A stretch of DNA of 53,420 nt from a virus. Its lineage: Duplodnaviria > Caudoviricetes. Shown piece by piece: positions 29,368 through 39,548 of the stretch (position 1 is its first letter; each line of letters opens with the position of its first letter). Both the position numbers and the translations under genes were made by a program. The stretch lies in IMG/VR virus record IMGVR_UViG_3300042544_000638, positions 1-53,420 of that record. One strand, 5' to 3'. The notes under the pieces were generated by a model that was not told where the DNA came from, made no database searches, and worked only from the letters and a program-made list of their open reading frames with translations.

Positions 29368-31330
29368 ACTTAATCGGGCAAGCGCCTGTAGCGCAATCAT
29401 CCTGAGTAAGTTCATCAAAACTCTCGGTATCGTTTAAGTCTACCTTAAGCAATGTAGATACATACTTATCATATGTTTCCTTAGTCACAACTTCCTGTGG
29501 AAGATATAGATAACCAAGGTCTTTAGCTGTCTTTGTAGGATCATTTCTATATAAGAAGCTAACCCCTACATAGCTATCCCAATTCGCAAGAAGCCATTCG
29601 ATAATATCATAGACTTCAGACGGATCATAGCTAATCGTTACCGATGTGTTCTGCTGAGTCCAGCTTGTCTGCAAGAGCTTATAACGCTCAAGCTGTGCGA
29701 TAGCCGACTCAATATTCACATCCATGCCATCGACACGATCAAAAGGAACATCCTCATACGCTACTGGGAATGTTACTAGAACACCATCAGGATCTGTAGG
29801 ATGATTTACAACCGTATACCTAGCTGCACGAAGCTTCTCAATGATAGGATCATGCTTACTAAATGTAACATTGTTGAAAATGTACTTACCTAGTGGCTTG
29901 TGTACACCTTCTGTAGTATCCATGATCTTGCTAAGAGTACCGCTTGGCTTGACACAGGTAACGTTCTTTGGATAAGGAAGGTCTAGTTCCTCAGCCATTG
30001 AAACAGCACTTGCATTAGCAGTGCGTGCTAGATATGAATAGTCATAAGACGTCATATCAGGACGCTTCACGATTCCAGTGAGACCTACTCCACAAAGACG
30101 TAGGAAGTAGTTGTTTAGATGCCAAGCTTCCTGTAGAATACCATCACGAAGATTGACACAAGTCTGACGGTAGTTCGCACGAGCTGCAAGTCTTACAGCA
30201 TAGTGTAGACCAGCATTGTCGCCGTGGAACTTACCAATATCAACTTCGGTCAAGTTACAGAAGCTCTTATTTCCTAGCAGAATCTCTACGCAAGGATTGC
30301 ATCCCTTGAACCAAGGAGCACGACGACGGGCTTCAACAGCGTTGATAAACCCTGGCTCTGAGCCACCGGCTTCTTCCATAAGCTGGAATAGATGCACTAG
30401 TTCATCAAAAGTAGGCTTGTCGTTAAAGACTAGGCTGTTGTTTGATTGTGTGCGATGCTCACGATCATAGAGCCAGAAGTCCTTCTTCGCAACAGCAAAC
30501 TCTTCCCACTCTGGCTGACCGTATTCGAACAGAGCGATCTCTGCCGAACGACGTGAAGAAAGAATCGTTCCTAGCCAGTTTACAATGTCTAGAATATCCA
30601 TACGTGTAAGAAGCGCATCCGCACGACCACTTAGAATCTTAGCTATTGCGGTATATGCCTTAGCGATAGCGCGATCTCCACTACTGATCCATCCGTACCC
30701 CTTAAGACGCTCACCGGCTGGTCGGAGTTCTGAAAAATCGAGGACAAGTGTTCTGGCGGGATATTTCCCAGCCATAAGCTTACCAACAGACTTTGCCCAT
30801 GCTTCTGCACTATCACCGACTTTAATCGTCCAAGTCTTTGTATCTTCATCCCAGAATTCTTCATTATATTCCTTTCCGCCCTTATCTGTGCGGGTACTGC
30901 GGACTACTTCGATATTTCTGATTGGCTTAGAGAAACCATTGAGAGTTCCAACGACTGGCTTGAAGCCTACGCCACAGCCCTGAAGTAGAAGCCATAGACA
31001 ATCTACTACGTCATAGACTGTTTCGACTTCGGTAAAGCTACAGTTAAACTGGCTCGCTTCTCTCAGCTTCGCAACATTTGTTCCGCCTAGCCATAGAGTT
31101 CTACCAGAAACTGAAATCTTACGTTCGAGCATCAAACGCTCTAGATCATAAAGTTCAGCGTACTCTAGATCTGTCAACTCTCTACCACCCGCAGCGCGGC
31201 TCCATAGCCACTCTTGGTGGTCAATTACACGACCAACAGTTTCTGCCCAAGTTTCAAACTCGGTACCAGCATCGTTTTTGGGGCGGTTGTAGGTCCTCCT
31301 AGTTATAATTTCTGCTCTTGTACTTACCAT
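29366..31330 (-). CDS. nrdJ: Class II (adenosylcobalamin-dependent) ribonucleotide reductase, monomeric RTPR type
   Basis: RRTYNR, SGRTLW, FNCSF, GCNPCVEI, FCNLTE, TCVKPSGT, C-terminal CATGACP. Confidence 0.92.
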   Translation of the reverse strand: MVSTRAEIITRRTYNRPKNDAGTEFETWAETVGRVIDHQEWLWSRAAGGRELTDLEYAELYDLERLMLERKISVSGRTLWLGGTNVAKLREASQFNCSFTEVETVYDVVDCLWLLLQGCGVGFKPVVGTLNGFSKPIRNIEVVRSTRTDKGGKEYNEEFWDEDTKTWTIKVGDSAEAWAKSVGKLMAGKYPARTLVLDFSELRPAGERLKGYGWISSGDRAIAKAYTAIAKILSGRADALLTRMDILDIVNWLGTILSSRRSAEIALFEYGQPEWEEFAVAKKDFWLYDREHRTQSNNSLVFNDKPTFDELVHLFQLMEEAGGSEPGFINAVEARRRAPWFKGCNPCVEILLGNKSFCNLTEVDIGKFHGDNAGLHYAVRLAARANYRQTCVNLRDGILQEAWHLNNYFLRLCGVGLTGIVKRPDMTSYDYSYLARTANASAVSMAEELDLPYPKNVTCVKPSGTLSKIMDTTEGVHKPLGKYIFNNVTFSKHDPIIEKLRAARYTVVNHPTDPDGVLVTFPVAYEDVPFDRVDGMDVNIESAIAQLERYKLLQTSWTQQNTSVTISYDPSEVYDIIEWLLANWDSYVGVSFLYRNDPTKTAKDLGYLYLPQEVVTKETYDKYVSTLLKVDLNDTESFDELTQDDCATGACPIK

Positions 31331-31749
31331 TAATTTTCCTCTAATTTTTGTTCAGAGAGTATATCTCTAAATACTTGGACAAGTATATCTCGGTCTGGAT
31401 TTGAGAAGGCGCCTCTCTTTCCCGGAATACGTATCGGTTTAATATCTTTACGAAGCTGATAATACTCTGTTATTGTATCTACCTGTGGTGCTTTTTCTAT
31501 TAGGTAAGGTTTTAATATTGTTAGAAACTCTATAGCTTCATCTCCATATAAAGAATAAACGTATTGAGTTTTATTAACTTTTTGGGTTCTATTATTAATA
31601 GAACCACCAAACCATGTTTGAATCTTAACTAATACAGCTTTAGAAGTATTAGTTATTCTGACATCAACAGCACCATTTTTAGCTATACTTATACAGCCTT
31701 CGCCATCAAAGAATCCAGCTACATATGATATTTCAGTATCTGCTGCCAT
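31330..31749 (-). CDS. Free-standing single-motif LAGLIDADG homing endonuclease
   Basis: YVAGFFDGEGCISI, VRITNT, FGGSI, LKPYLIEK. Confidence 0.85.
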   Translation of the reverse strand: MAADTEISYVAGFFDGEGCISIAKNGAVDVRITNTSKAVLVKIQTWFGGSINNRTQKVNKTQYVYSLYGDEAIEFLTILKPYLIEKAPQVDTITEYYQLRKDIKPIRIPGKRGAFSNPDRDILVQVFRDILSEQKLEEN

Positions 31750-31758
31750 AATTCTCCT

Positions 31759-32589
31759 TTACGCTTCTAGTATTAGCTGTCTGCCAATATCTTGAAGATT
31801 AACGTGGCCTATAGCTTCTTTGCAGAAGCTAACTAGGTCCATTAGTTCATAATTTATTAGTATCTGATCACGATTCTCATTGACTGCTTGGATAAACTTT
31901 TGTTTGCCGGGCAGTGGGCAAGCATCGTAAATGTCCATAGCACTACCATATTGCTCGATGAGAGCAGCGGCACGCTTAGGACCAACACCTGGGATGCCGG
32001 GAATGTTATCGCCGGAATCGCCTGTTAGCACTTTGTATGAGATATACTGTTCGGGTGTTACCGGATAATCCCACGTATCAAGCGTATGCTCTTTTCTAGT
32101 AACATAAGAAAAGCGAGACACATACTCGTTAACAAGAAGATCCCAGTCACGATCAGAGCTGATAAGCCAAGCTTGATTAAAGCCAAACCACTGTAGCCTA
32201 GAGCAGATATACGCTGCAATATCATCAGCCTCGACACCCTTATACCTTAATACTTTAATTGTTCTTTGCTTGTCAAGAGCTTCAAGAGTACGTTCATACT
32301 CATCGAAGAACTTGCGAGCTTGTTCTTTTTCTTCCGGAGTCTGCTTCTCTACTAGTTCCTTACGGTTAGCTTTGTACTCCGGATAAATTGCTTTACGCCA
32401 TGTAGATCCACCCCAGTCAGCAGCGGCAACGATAGTGCCTGCGTTGTATGACTTAGCTAGGGAGAAAACTGTGTTAACGAATTCGTCTGCAAAGTTAATG
32501 TGACCAGAATGCTTCCAGCGAAACGCTAGATTCATACAGTCTACGATCATCAAATTTTCTGGCTTGGCGTCTGAGGTAAATGTAGCCAT
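31759..32589 (-). CDS. 5'-3' exonuclease / flap endonuclease (T5 D15-like)
   Basis: VDCMNLAFR, YPEYKANR, GVEADD, SSDRDW, GDSGDNIPGIPGVGPKRA. Confidence 0.93.
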   Translation of the reverse strand: MATFTSDAKPENLMIVDCMNLAFRWKHSGHINFADEFVNTVFSLAKSYNAGTIVAAADWGGSTWRKAIYPEYKANRKELVEKQTPEEKEQARKFFDEYERTLEALDKQRTIKVLRYKGVEADDIAAYICSRLQWFGFNQAWLISSDRDWDLLVNEYVSRFSYVTRKEHTLDTWDYPVTPEQYISYKVLTGDSGDNIPGIPGVGPKRAAALIEQYGSAMDIYDACPLPGKQKFIQAVNENRDQILINYELMDLVSFCKEAIGHVNLQDIGRQLILEA

Positions 32590-33005
32590 TCAATTTTTTC
32601 CTTATCTATCCATTCTTCTAATAACATAATATAACAGTTTAGCCATGGAATGTCAATATACTTTTCAACATTAACTGGCTTTATGCTGGTCGCAACAAAA
32701 AATTTAGACCTGTTATACTTAAATATAAGAAGTGGCTTCATTATACCACTTTGTTTTTGCAGCTTAGTCCACCACTGAACAAAGTCGTTTGTTTTGTTAG
32801 TTAATATTTTATCATTGAAAGGAGACTCCGCATAGTTCTTTACTTCTATGCAGAACACATTCTTAAACTTAGGAATGTGTAAGTCTCCTTTTATAATACC
32901 ATTGCCTGATCCCGGAGTTCGCTCAAAAGTATAAGGAGTTCTAGCATCTAGAAACTCCTTAACTTTATTCTCTCCTAGTGCTCCCTTAGCTCTAGGATTA
33001 ACCAC
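32550..33005 (-). CDS. PD-(D/E)xK nuclease / Holliday junction resolvase (T5 D14-like)
   Basis: RAKGALGE, FERTPGSG, KGDL, IEVKNY; likely GTG start at 33005 overlapping the D13 stop. Confidence 0.8.
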   Translation of the reverse strand: MVNPRAKGALGENKVKEFLDARTPYTFERTPGSGNGIIKGDLHIPKFKNVFCIEVKNYAESPFNDKILTNKTNDFVQWWTKLQKQSGIMKPLLIFKYNRSKFFVATSIKPVNVEKYIDIPWLNCYIMLLEEWIDKEKIEWLHLPQTPSQKI

Positions 33006-34800
33006 GGTCAATCCAGCTAACACCATCCTTTTTCTTGATGGTTAGTTTATCCACCAAGGGATGCGTCCAAGAGTGGGACACGAGAAACGTGTTAAGACCT
33101 TCCTCTCGTAGCAGGACTTCAACCAATCGCTCTCTTCCATAGTCGTCCAGAACTGAGATGACCTCATCCAAGAAGAGGACGTTGATTGTGTTCTTGGATA
33201 TTCCGGACATGAGCTTCCGTATAGCGAGGAGGGTAGATATATTGATCCTGGCCATTTCTCCGCTTGAAGGGGAATTGATACTAATCTCTTTGCCTTCATC
33301 TGTGACAACAACATTAAGCTTATCACTTGATATGCTGAACTCAATAGTAAATCGCCCATCGGATAACTCTGCAAGATATTCATTTGTAAAAACCTCTAAG
33401 TCTTTCACTAGATTTTCTAGTTTATAAGCAATAAGACCGTTAGTACTGAAAGCTTTCTTTAGTACTTCTAGATTCTTATACTTATCCATAATAGATTTTA
33501 GCTGCTCTCTAGCTTCTACTAACTGAGTAGCGAACTCTTCATTCTGCTCTAGATAAATGTCGATCTTGCTATTATGCTTCATTGCCGCATTATTCTCGGC
33601 AGTTAACCTAGAGATCTCGGCATTAAGCTTAGCAATCTTATTATGAATCTGAGTAAGCTCATCTTCTAGATCACTAGCATCTAGAAAGTCATTCCCGAGA
33701 TTTAGATCGAGCTGGCTTTCTAGCTTCTCATACTCAGCAATCTTAGATTTGATACTAGCAATTAGAGTGTTCTCTTTTTTAACGGATTCAATCGCAGCCT
33801 GTAGAACTTCTATACGTCCTGCACACTGAGAAGAAGTAGCTGTATTTTCAGAGACTAGATCTTCATAAAAATGCTTGTCTATGTCTTGTAGACAAGTAGG
33901 ACACTTATCTTCAAGACCTTTCAGCTTCTTCAGTACGGTATCCGCACTAGATTTACTACTCTGTAATGTACCCATTTCCTGCTGGTAGTCGTCATAAGAC
34001 TTCTCAGTAAGATCATGCGACTTTAGATCATCAATATCAATAGCACTTAGTTTCTTACTAATTGTATTGTTTCGTAGTATCTTAGCGTTTATTTGCTCGA
34101 TGTTAGAAATTTTTGAAGAAAGGTCTCCAATTTCAGACGAAAAATCAGGCCGATCTGGAATATCTAGAAGCGGCTTTGTTTCCAAATTTAACGCAGAGTT
34201 AGCTTCCATCCACTTATTGATCGTGGATATTTTACCTTCTAACGTACTTGTTTCCGTTCCTAAGGTCTTCGCTGCCTCTTTAAAAAGCTCAAACAAACGC
34301 GTATACTCACTGAGGTCAAATAGATCGATCAGAAATTTTTTCCGAGCAGTATCTGTAGCCGTGAGAAATGCGAGAGAAGAATTTGTCGACTGATATACCA
34401 ATTGTTGAAAGGTCTTAAAGTCGATTCCAATAAGTTCTTCTATTTGCTTAAAAGTATTTGTAGCCGTGTGACTACTAATATCTTCATCGTTCTTGTAGAG
34501 CTTAATTTTGATACCTGAACTACGCTCAGTAGATACTACGTAGGTATCACCGTCTACTAGGAATTTAAACTTGATAGAATAGCTACCGTCTAAAAGCCTA
34601 TTAGGGATATCGGCTTTCTTCACTCCCTTTGAGTTCTTATTGTACAGAGCTTCTTCCATTATTAGTGGAATAGAAGACTTACCATATCCGTTAGGAGCAA
34701 TGATCTGGGTTAAAGGCTCAGAAGAAAGATCAATTGTATTGTTCTTTCCAAAGCTAAAGCACTTGTCCCACTCAATTGATTGAAGTACTACTGTACTCAT
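32998..34800 (-). CDS. SbcC/Rad50-like ATPase (T5 D13-like)
   Basis: Walker A APNGYGKSS, CPTC zinc hook, SSGE signature, LFLDE Walker B. Confidence 0.92.
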   Translation of the reverse strand: MSTVVLQSIEWDKCFSFGKNNTIDLSSEPLTQIIAPNGYGKSSIPLIMEEALYNKNSKGVKKADIPNRLLDGSYSIKFKFLVDGDTYVVSTERSSGIKIKLYKNDEDISSHTATNTFKQIEELIGIDFKTFQQLVYQSTNSSLAFLTATDTARKKFLIDLFDLSEYTRLFELFKEAAKTLGTETSTLEGKISTINKWMEANSALNLETKPLLDIPDRPDFSSEIGDLSSKISNIEQINAKILRNNTISKKLSAIDIDDLKSHDLTEKSYDDYQQEMGTLQSSKSSADTVLKKLKGLEDKCPTCLQDIDKHFYEDLVSENTATSSQCAGRIEVLQAAIESVKKENTLIASIKSKIAEYEKLESQLDLNLGNDFLDASDLEDELTQIHNKIAKLNAEISRLTAENNAAMKHNSKIDIYLEQNEEFATQLVEAREQLKSIMDKYKNLEVLKKAFSTNGLIAYKLENLVKDLEVFTNEYLAELSDGRFTIEFSISSDKLNVVVTDEGKEISINSPSSGEMARINISTLLAIRKLMSGISKNTINVLFLDEVISVLDDYGRERLVEVLLREEGLNTFLVSHSWTHPLVDKLTIKKKDGVSWIDRG

Positions 34801-35722
34801 TAAATACCTCCATAATACTTTCTATCTCTTGTTCGGGTAACTCTTGAATATACCTGAGATACTCTGCTAGCTCGTCCGAAATACTCATCTTCTTGTCTAG
34901 AACTAGTGCTGTATCGCTGCTACGCTTTACTAGCTTCTTATCTAGTAGATCAGAGTTTTCAATCTTACTAAGGTCTTTTATATTACCTTCCAACTCGTAG
35001 ATTGTATGGTGGAAGTCAGTAGGAACCATTTCAGATGGATCAGATACAGTCTTTCTTAATAGCTGTGGCAAATCAAAGGATTTCCACTTCCATGACCAGT
35101 CCTTATCAATTAAGATATAACCAGTATCTACTTCGCTTCTGTGAAACGAGGTAGTCATTGGACTGCCGGGATAGACGATATTTCTCTGAGTATTAGAGTG
35201 TGAGTGCAAATCTCCCGCAAAAACTACAGGAAACTTATCCAACCACTCTAGCGGAATTTCAGGTTTGACATGAGGAGGAATCTCTCCTCTAACGTGTGTA
35301 AAGACTGGCTTGGCTTCTAGTCCGTCCCATATATCTTTCTTTTTAATGAACTCATAAGGTACGACATAAAAGCCTTTCTCGTCTTCATGTATGTAATCTA
35401 CAACTATTTGCACTAGAGGATTAAGTCTTTCTGAAACTCCTTTAAGTTCCGTGAAGAAGCTCTTTCCTTTCTTAGTAGCCTCGTGGTTTCCTGTCGAGAT
35501 AATTGTAGGTACTTTTCTCTGAGATATAAATTCAAAGTATAAAGTTAGTTCATCTAGGGTTGGCATCCGATCAAAGATGTCACCTGGAATAACAATCATA
35601 CTTGTTTCTTTCTCTACCTCAGATACTTGATCGAAGAACATTTTATATCGTTTGATAGCCCAATCTTTGGGTACGTTCTTTTGACCAAGTTTAATATGTA
35701 TATCTGCTAATAGTAATAACAT
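34772..35722 (-). CDS. SbcD/Mre11-like nuclease (T5 D12-like)
   Basis: ADIH, GDIFD, GNHE, GDLH, YPGSP; likely start 35722 with GGAG RBS. Confidence 0.92.
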   Translation of the reverse strand: MLLLLADIHIKLGQKNVPKDWAIKRYKMFFDQVSEVEKETSMIVIPGDIFDRMPTLDELTLYFEFISQRKVPTIISTGNHEATKKGKSFFTELKGVSERLNPLVQIVVDYIHEDEKGFYVVPYEFIKKKDIWDGLEAKPVFTHVRGEIPPHVKPEIPLEWLDKFPVVFAGDLHSHSNTQRNIVYPGSPMTTSFHRSEVDTGYILIDKDWSWKWKSFDLPQLLRKTVSDPSEMVPTDFHHTIYELEGNIKDLSKIENSDLLDKKLVKRSSDTALVLDKKMSISDELAEYLRYIQELPEQEIESIMEVFNEYSSTSIN

Positions 35723-35737
35723 AACTCTCCGAATAAG

Positions 35738-35774
35738 AAGCCCAGGACACTTAAATAGCATCCTGGGCTTATTT
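35738..35774 (-). terminator. Hairpin/terminator after the SSB gene
   Basis: AAGCCCAGGA...TCCTGGGCTT inverted repeat. Confidence 0.6.
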
Positions 35775-35777
35775 GTC

Positions 35778-36416
35778 TTACGTGATTTCTAGTTCTTCTT
35801 CAACTGTTTCGTCGATTGTTTCTTCGTCACCCTTTAGAATCTTTTCTAGTAGCTCTTTTTGCTGAGCTGGGGTAGCACGAGGAAGAAGCTCTTCGATGCT
35901 CTTAGACGAAGCGATTGCTTCCTTTTCCGCATCGGTTAGAGGGCCTTTTGAGTTTAGGCACTTAACAGTTTGAAGTGTGTACTCTACGTTGATAGGTAGA
36001 GGACCAGTCTTTTTCTTCTGGAACTTTAGAACCCAACCACTTTCGGGGTCGGTAGGATCACCAAGATCAGCTACGTTCGCCATGATCTGGTCGAATAGCT
36101 TCTTCTTGAAGTTAAAGACCATTGGGCGATTCTGGCTGTCTAGGCACATCATAGAGTAAGACCAGCTGCACTTTAGATCGGGGAAGAATTCCTTTACCCA
36201 ATCCTTTTCTGCCTTATCGAATGACTCGCTTTCACGATTGAACTCAAGACACTCGAAAGGAAGGTTCTTATCGTTGGTTCCCTTGATCCAGTAAACGTAG
36301 CGTGGCAAGATGTTACCAAAGAGACGAACTGAATTGTCTCCATCTACGATCTTGTACGAATCTACTTTATCTTTCTTTGCTGAACCCTTAACTGAACCAA
36401 AGCTTAAACCTGCCAT
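35778..36416 (-). CDS. Single-stranded DNA-binding protein (T5 D11-like)
   Basis: LPRYVYWI, PFECL, KKKLF, LGDPTD, KTGPLP.NVEY; acidic C-tail; AAGGAG RBS before ATG 36416. Confidence 0.8.
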   Translation of the reverse strand: MAGLSFGSVKGSAKKDKVDSYKIVDGDNSVRLFGNILPRYVYWIKGTNDKNLPFECLEFNRESESFDKAEKDWVKEFFPDLKCSWSYSMMCLDSQNRPMVFNFKKKLFDQIMANVADLGDPTDPESGWVLKFQKKKTGPLPINVEYTLQTVKCLNSKGPLTDAEKEAIASSKSIEELLPRATPAQQKELLEKILKGDEETIDETVEEELEIT

Positions 36417-36417
36417 T

Positions 36418-36810
36418 TTATTTCTCCTTGTAGTCTTCATACAGAAAGTGTATATCATTACCTTCTATACGAAGTAGTCTGTTTTTGTTTATAGCGTCTT
36501 TCCCAACGGGACTATGGGATAAGTCTAATGTTAATTTTCCATGTATTCTATACTCAGCTAAGTTTCTGTAACTTGCTAAACCTATGTAGTCTGCTACTTC
36601 TTTCTCAGTCCATAAATGTCTGTTGTGAAATAGAGCATAGGGATTTGCTAGAAAACTGGATCCCGTAAAATCTTGTTTGATATACCGAAAAAGCGGATCG
36701 TACCTATTTTTCGGCAGCTCTCTTGCTATCATTGAGTAAACAGCTAGTATGATCCGTCTCGAACTCATCCCAGCTTCTTTACTGATCTTTTTCCAATCAT
36801 AGAGGAGCAT
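36418..36810 (-). CDS. Conserved T5-like hypothetical protein between D10 and D11
   Basis: MLLYDWKKI, FTGSSFL, YIGLAS.R, NRLL; synteny. Confidence 0.7.
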   Translation of the reverse strand: MLLYDWKKISKEAGMSSRRIILAVYSMIARELPKNRYDPLFRYIKQDFTGSSFLANPYALFHNRHLWTEKEVADYIGLASYRNLAEYRIHGKLTLDLSHSPVGKDAINKNRLLRIEGNDIHFLYEDYKEK

Positions 36811-36847
36811 AATAGCAAAAAATCCTTTGATTGTCAAGAACTATTTT
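36809..36847 (-). promoter_or_regulatory. Sigma70 promoter with AAAATAGTTC motif
   Basis: Minus strand AAAATAGTTC-TTGACA, 17 bp, TATTAT. Confidence 0.7.
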
Positions 36848-38142
36848 ATGAATTTGATCTGATATCCTTCTTTCATATAATGTCCTAGACGATTGTTAAA
36901 TTGACGATACACTGTATTCCCATCTAGTTTAATATCTACTATAACAGGTTTTTGTTTGCCCGGATATTCACGAATGATACGTCCGATTAACTGTTCTAGC
37001 AAAGGCATATTGTTCAAAGGGGTCGCGAGAATAATACAGCTTAAAGGATTGATAGACAGTCCTTCTGATACTAGACTTTGAGTTCCCCATACTTGAGTAA
37101 TCTCTTCGTCGAATATCTTCTTTATAACGCTGTCTCTGTCTTTTGTTTCGCCTATAATTAAATCCGATGGCTCATTAGACGCTTCACAGCAGTCTTTTAG
37201 AAACTCTACTCTTTCAGAAACTACAATAACTTTATGTCCATCTCTAGCATATTTATCAGCTAGAGCAACAACTAGATTCCTGTATAAATAGGACTCCTTA
37301 AGTACAGTTATTTTTTCTGCCCAAGGTGTTCCTGCGCCATCTGCAAAGCTAATACCAGCATTAATAACATGAACCTCTGGTACCATCGTATTTTCTTTAT
37401 CCGGCTTATATATCTTACTGCCGAAATAATCTTTAAACACGACATGCTTCTGATCCTTTCTTTCTATGGTTCCCGATAATCCAATCTTGTATCTAGAGAA
37501 CATAGCGTCTATAACTTTCGAGAAAGTGGGACTAGATACGTGATGCATTTCATCAAGTATGATTGTTCCAAACTCTCTACTGATTCTGCCAACGTGCTTG
37601 ACTAGACTCTGTATGTTAGCTACTACTATAGGACTATCGGTATTGAATTTGCCGCTGCCAATAACTCCAGGCTTAATGCCTAGTGTATAGATAATTTCTT
37701 TCTCCCACTGGCTTCTTAGAGCTACAGTGTGAACGACAACAAGAGTTTTCTGCTTTAGCTTAGATGCAATGGCTAGACCAGTAAAAGTCTTACCATAACC
37801 TACCTTCGCATTAATAATGCAGTTATCTTCAACATCGTCGTAAATCTCTTGCTGACTTGGTCTTAGCTCGTGCTTAAACTTAGGAAAATCTTCTATGTCG
37901 TTGTATGCGCGTTTATCTACTATTTCATAATCACTGGGAATTAGGTCAACTCTACCAACAGGAAAAGCTACCAGTAGCTTGCCTCCTGCAATATTGTAAT
38001 TAATTACTTTTAGATTTTTTATTAAAATAAATTTTTCTGGTTCGTTATATGAGGGAATCTTATACGTAAGCTCTTTATCGAGAGTCTTATGCAGAGAAGG
38101 CTCTACCGTCATATATATCTTGTTACTAATTATAGCCTTCAT
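36841..38142 (-). CDS. SF2 DNA helicase (T5 D10-like)
   Basis: LRPSQ, AKVGYGKT, ILDEMHH, GLSGT, LEQLIGRI. Confidence 0.9.
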   Translation of the reverse strand: MKAIISNKIYMTVEPSLHKTLDKELTYKIPSYNEPEKFILIKNLKVINYNIAGGKLLVAFPVGRVDLIPSDYEIVDKRAYNDIEDFPKFKHELRPSQQEIYDDVEDNCIINAKVGYGKTFTGLAIASKLKQKTLVVVHTVALRSQWEKEIIYTLGIKPGVIGSGKFNTDSPIVVANIQSLVKHVGRISREFGTIILDEMHHVSSPTFSKVIDAMFSRYKIGLSGTIERKDQKHVVFKDYFGSKIYKPDKENTMVPEVHVINAGISFADGAGTPWAEKITVLKESYLYRNLVVALADKYARDGHKVIVVSERVEFLKDCCEASNEPSDLIIGETKDRDSVIKKIFDEEITQVWGTQSLVSEGLSINPLSCIILATPLNNMPLLEQLIGRIIREYPGKQKPVIVDIKLDGNTVYRQFNNRLGHYMKEGYQIKFIK

Positions 38143-38258
38143 CAGCGAGAATTACCTTGATTGGATACTAAAGTATCTTCTTGGAGCCTAGTAGGCTCGG
38201 TTGTACATAGAGGGGTCCCCGGAGTTGAATAACTCCGAGGACTTTAGATCAGCAGGAA

Positions 38259-38951
38259 TTATCGTCTATTTAGGACTTCGTCCTTCTTAATGATATAGCT
38301 CTTAACTAATTCGCTTCTAACTATATCTTCCTTTTCAAATTCGATAAAGTCGAATTCATTCATTGATCTTATTACTTTATAGAAATCTTCGAACCCGTTT
38401 TTATATAGATCAGACTGTCTAATGTCTCCGCAGAAGATAACTCTACAGTTATCTCCAAGCCTAGTTATTAAAGAGTCTAGCTCATGATATGTCATATTCT
38501 GAGTTTCATCTACAATGATAACGGCGTTTCTAAGAGTAACACCTCTGATAAAAGAAGTAGACATAAAGTGTATAACACTTTTCTTTTTCAGAATCTCGTA
38601 GGCATCACCACGACCTAACAACTCTGTTGCTATGTCTATGTATGGAGCCTCATACACTTCTACTTTCTCTTTTTCATTTCCTGGCAAAAATCCAATGTTT
38701 CTGGTAGGAACTGCACTTCTCATATACACAATCTTATCGTATTTACCATCAAACACGTCTGAATATGCAATATAAGAAGATAGGAATGTCTTACCCGTTC
38801 CAGCAAATCCACTTAAGACTAGATTTCTGTTACTTCTCAGTAGCTGTTCTTGTCTTGGATTCAAGGGGCTAATAGTTTTTAAGTGAAACTCTAGAGAGGT
38901 TTGTTGTTGACGATTTTGTCGCCTATCTCTCTTTTTATAGGAATTACCCAA
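38259..38951 (-). CDS. phoH: PhoH-like ATPase
   Basis: GFAGTGKT, IGFLPG, FIRGVTL, IVDETQN, GDIRQSDL, DIVRS; likely TTG start ~38951 (ORF track extends to 39062). Confidence 0.9.
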   Translation of the reverse strand: MGNSYKKRDRRQNRQQQTSLEFHLKTISPLNPRQEQLLRSNRNLVLSGFAGTGKTFLSSYIAYSDVFDGKYDKIVYMRSAVPTRNIGFLPGNEKEKVEVYEAPYIDIATELLGRGDAYEILKKKSVIHFMSTSFIRGVTLRNAVIIVDETQNMTYHELDSLITRLGDNCRVIFCGDIRQSDLYKNGFEDFYKVIRSMNEFDFIEFEKEDIVRSELVKSYIIKKDEVLNRR

Positions 38952-38958
38952 TGTTATC

Positions 38959-39456
38959 TCATACTCGTCTATACGAGTCCTTGCCTCTTTCCGTGGTAAA
39001 ATCGTATATAAACCACGGACTGCCTTTATAATATAATACTCTTGCCCATCTAGCATCTCCATAAGGAGGACGAGGAATACTCATGGGACAGTTTATATTT
39101 CGGAACCATACAATGCTACAATCGTCCCTAGGGTCGATCTTAAGTACGGCATGGTGGATTAGCGGACTGTTTACAGTTTTACGATATATAAAAGGTGTAC
39201 CATTACTGTCAATAAATGTATTCTTCTTAGAGGCTATCATAGACTGAAAGTCTGGATAGGCTGTCTTAAGTCTACATAAATCTTTTCGTCCGCACTGTAG
39301 ACGGCGAACTCCTAGGGAGCTGCCTGGCATATTCTTATCGTCCAAGACTTTGCCATCATTAATAAATAGTACCTTATCCTGTGTATACCAGTCTTTAGAA
39401 GGCAAGGCATACACAGGAAATTTAATAGTTTTTAGGTCTTTAAACTGCTTGTACAT
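38959..39456 (-). CDS. Conserved T5-like hypothetical protein downstream of the polymerase
   Basis: FPVYAL, VLDDKNMPG.SLG.RRLQ, FIDSNG..F.Y.K; synteny. Confidence 0.7.
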   Translation of the reverse strand: MYKQFKDLKTIKFPVYALPSKDWYTQDKVLFINDGKVLDDKNMPGSSLGVRRLQCGRKDLCRLKTAYPDFQSMIASKKNTFIDSNGTPFIYRKTVNSPLIHHAVLKIDPRDDCSIVWFRNINCPMSIPRPPYGDARWARVLYYKGSPWFIYDFTTERGKDSYRRV

Positions 39457-39548
39457 TGAGTACACCCATACACACACTTTCTAGTGGTGGCGCGTAACAC
39501 AAGTACTTATACAGTTCCTTCGGCGCAGTAACAATTTTTACTTGCTGT

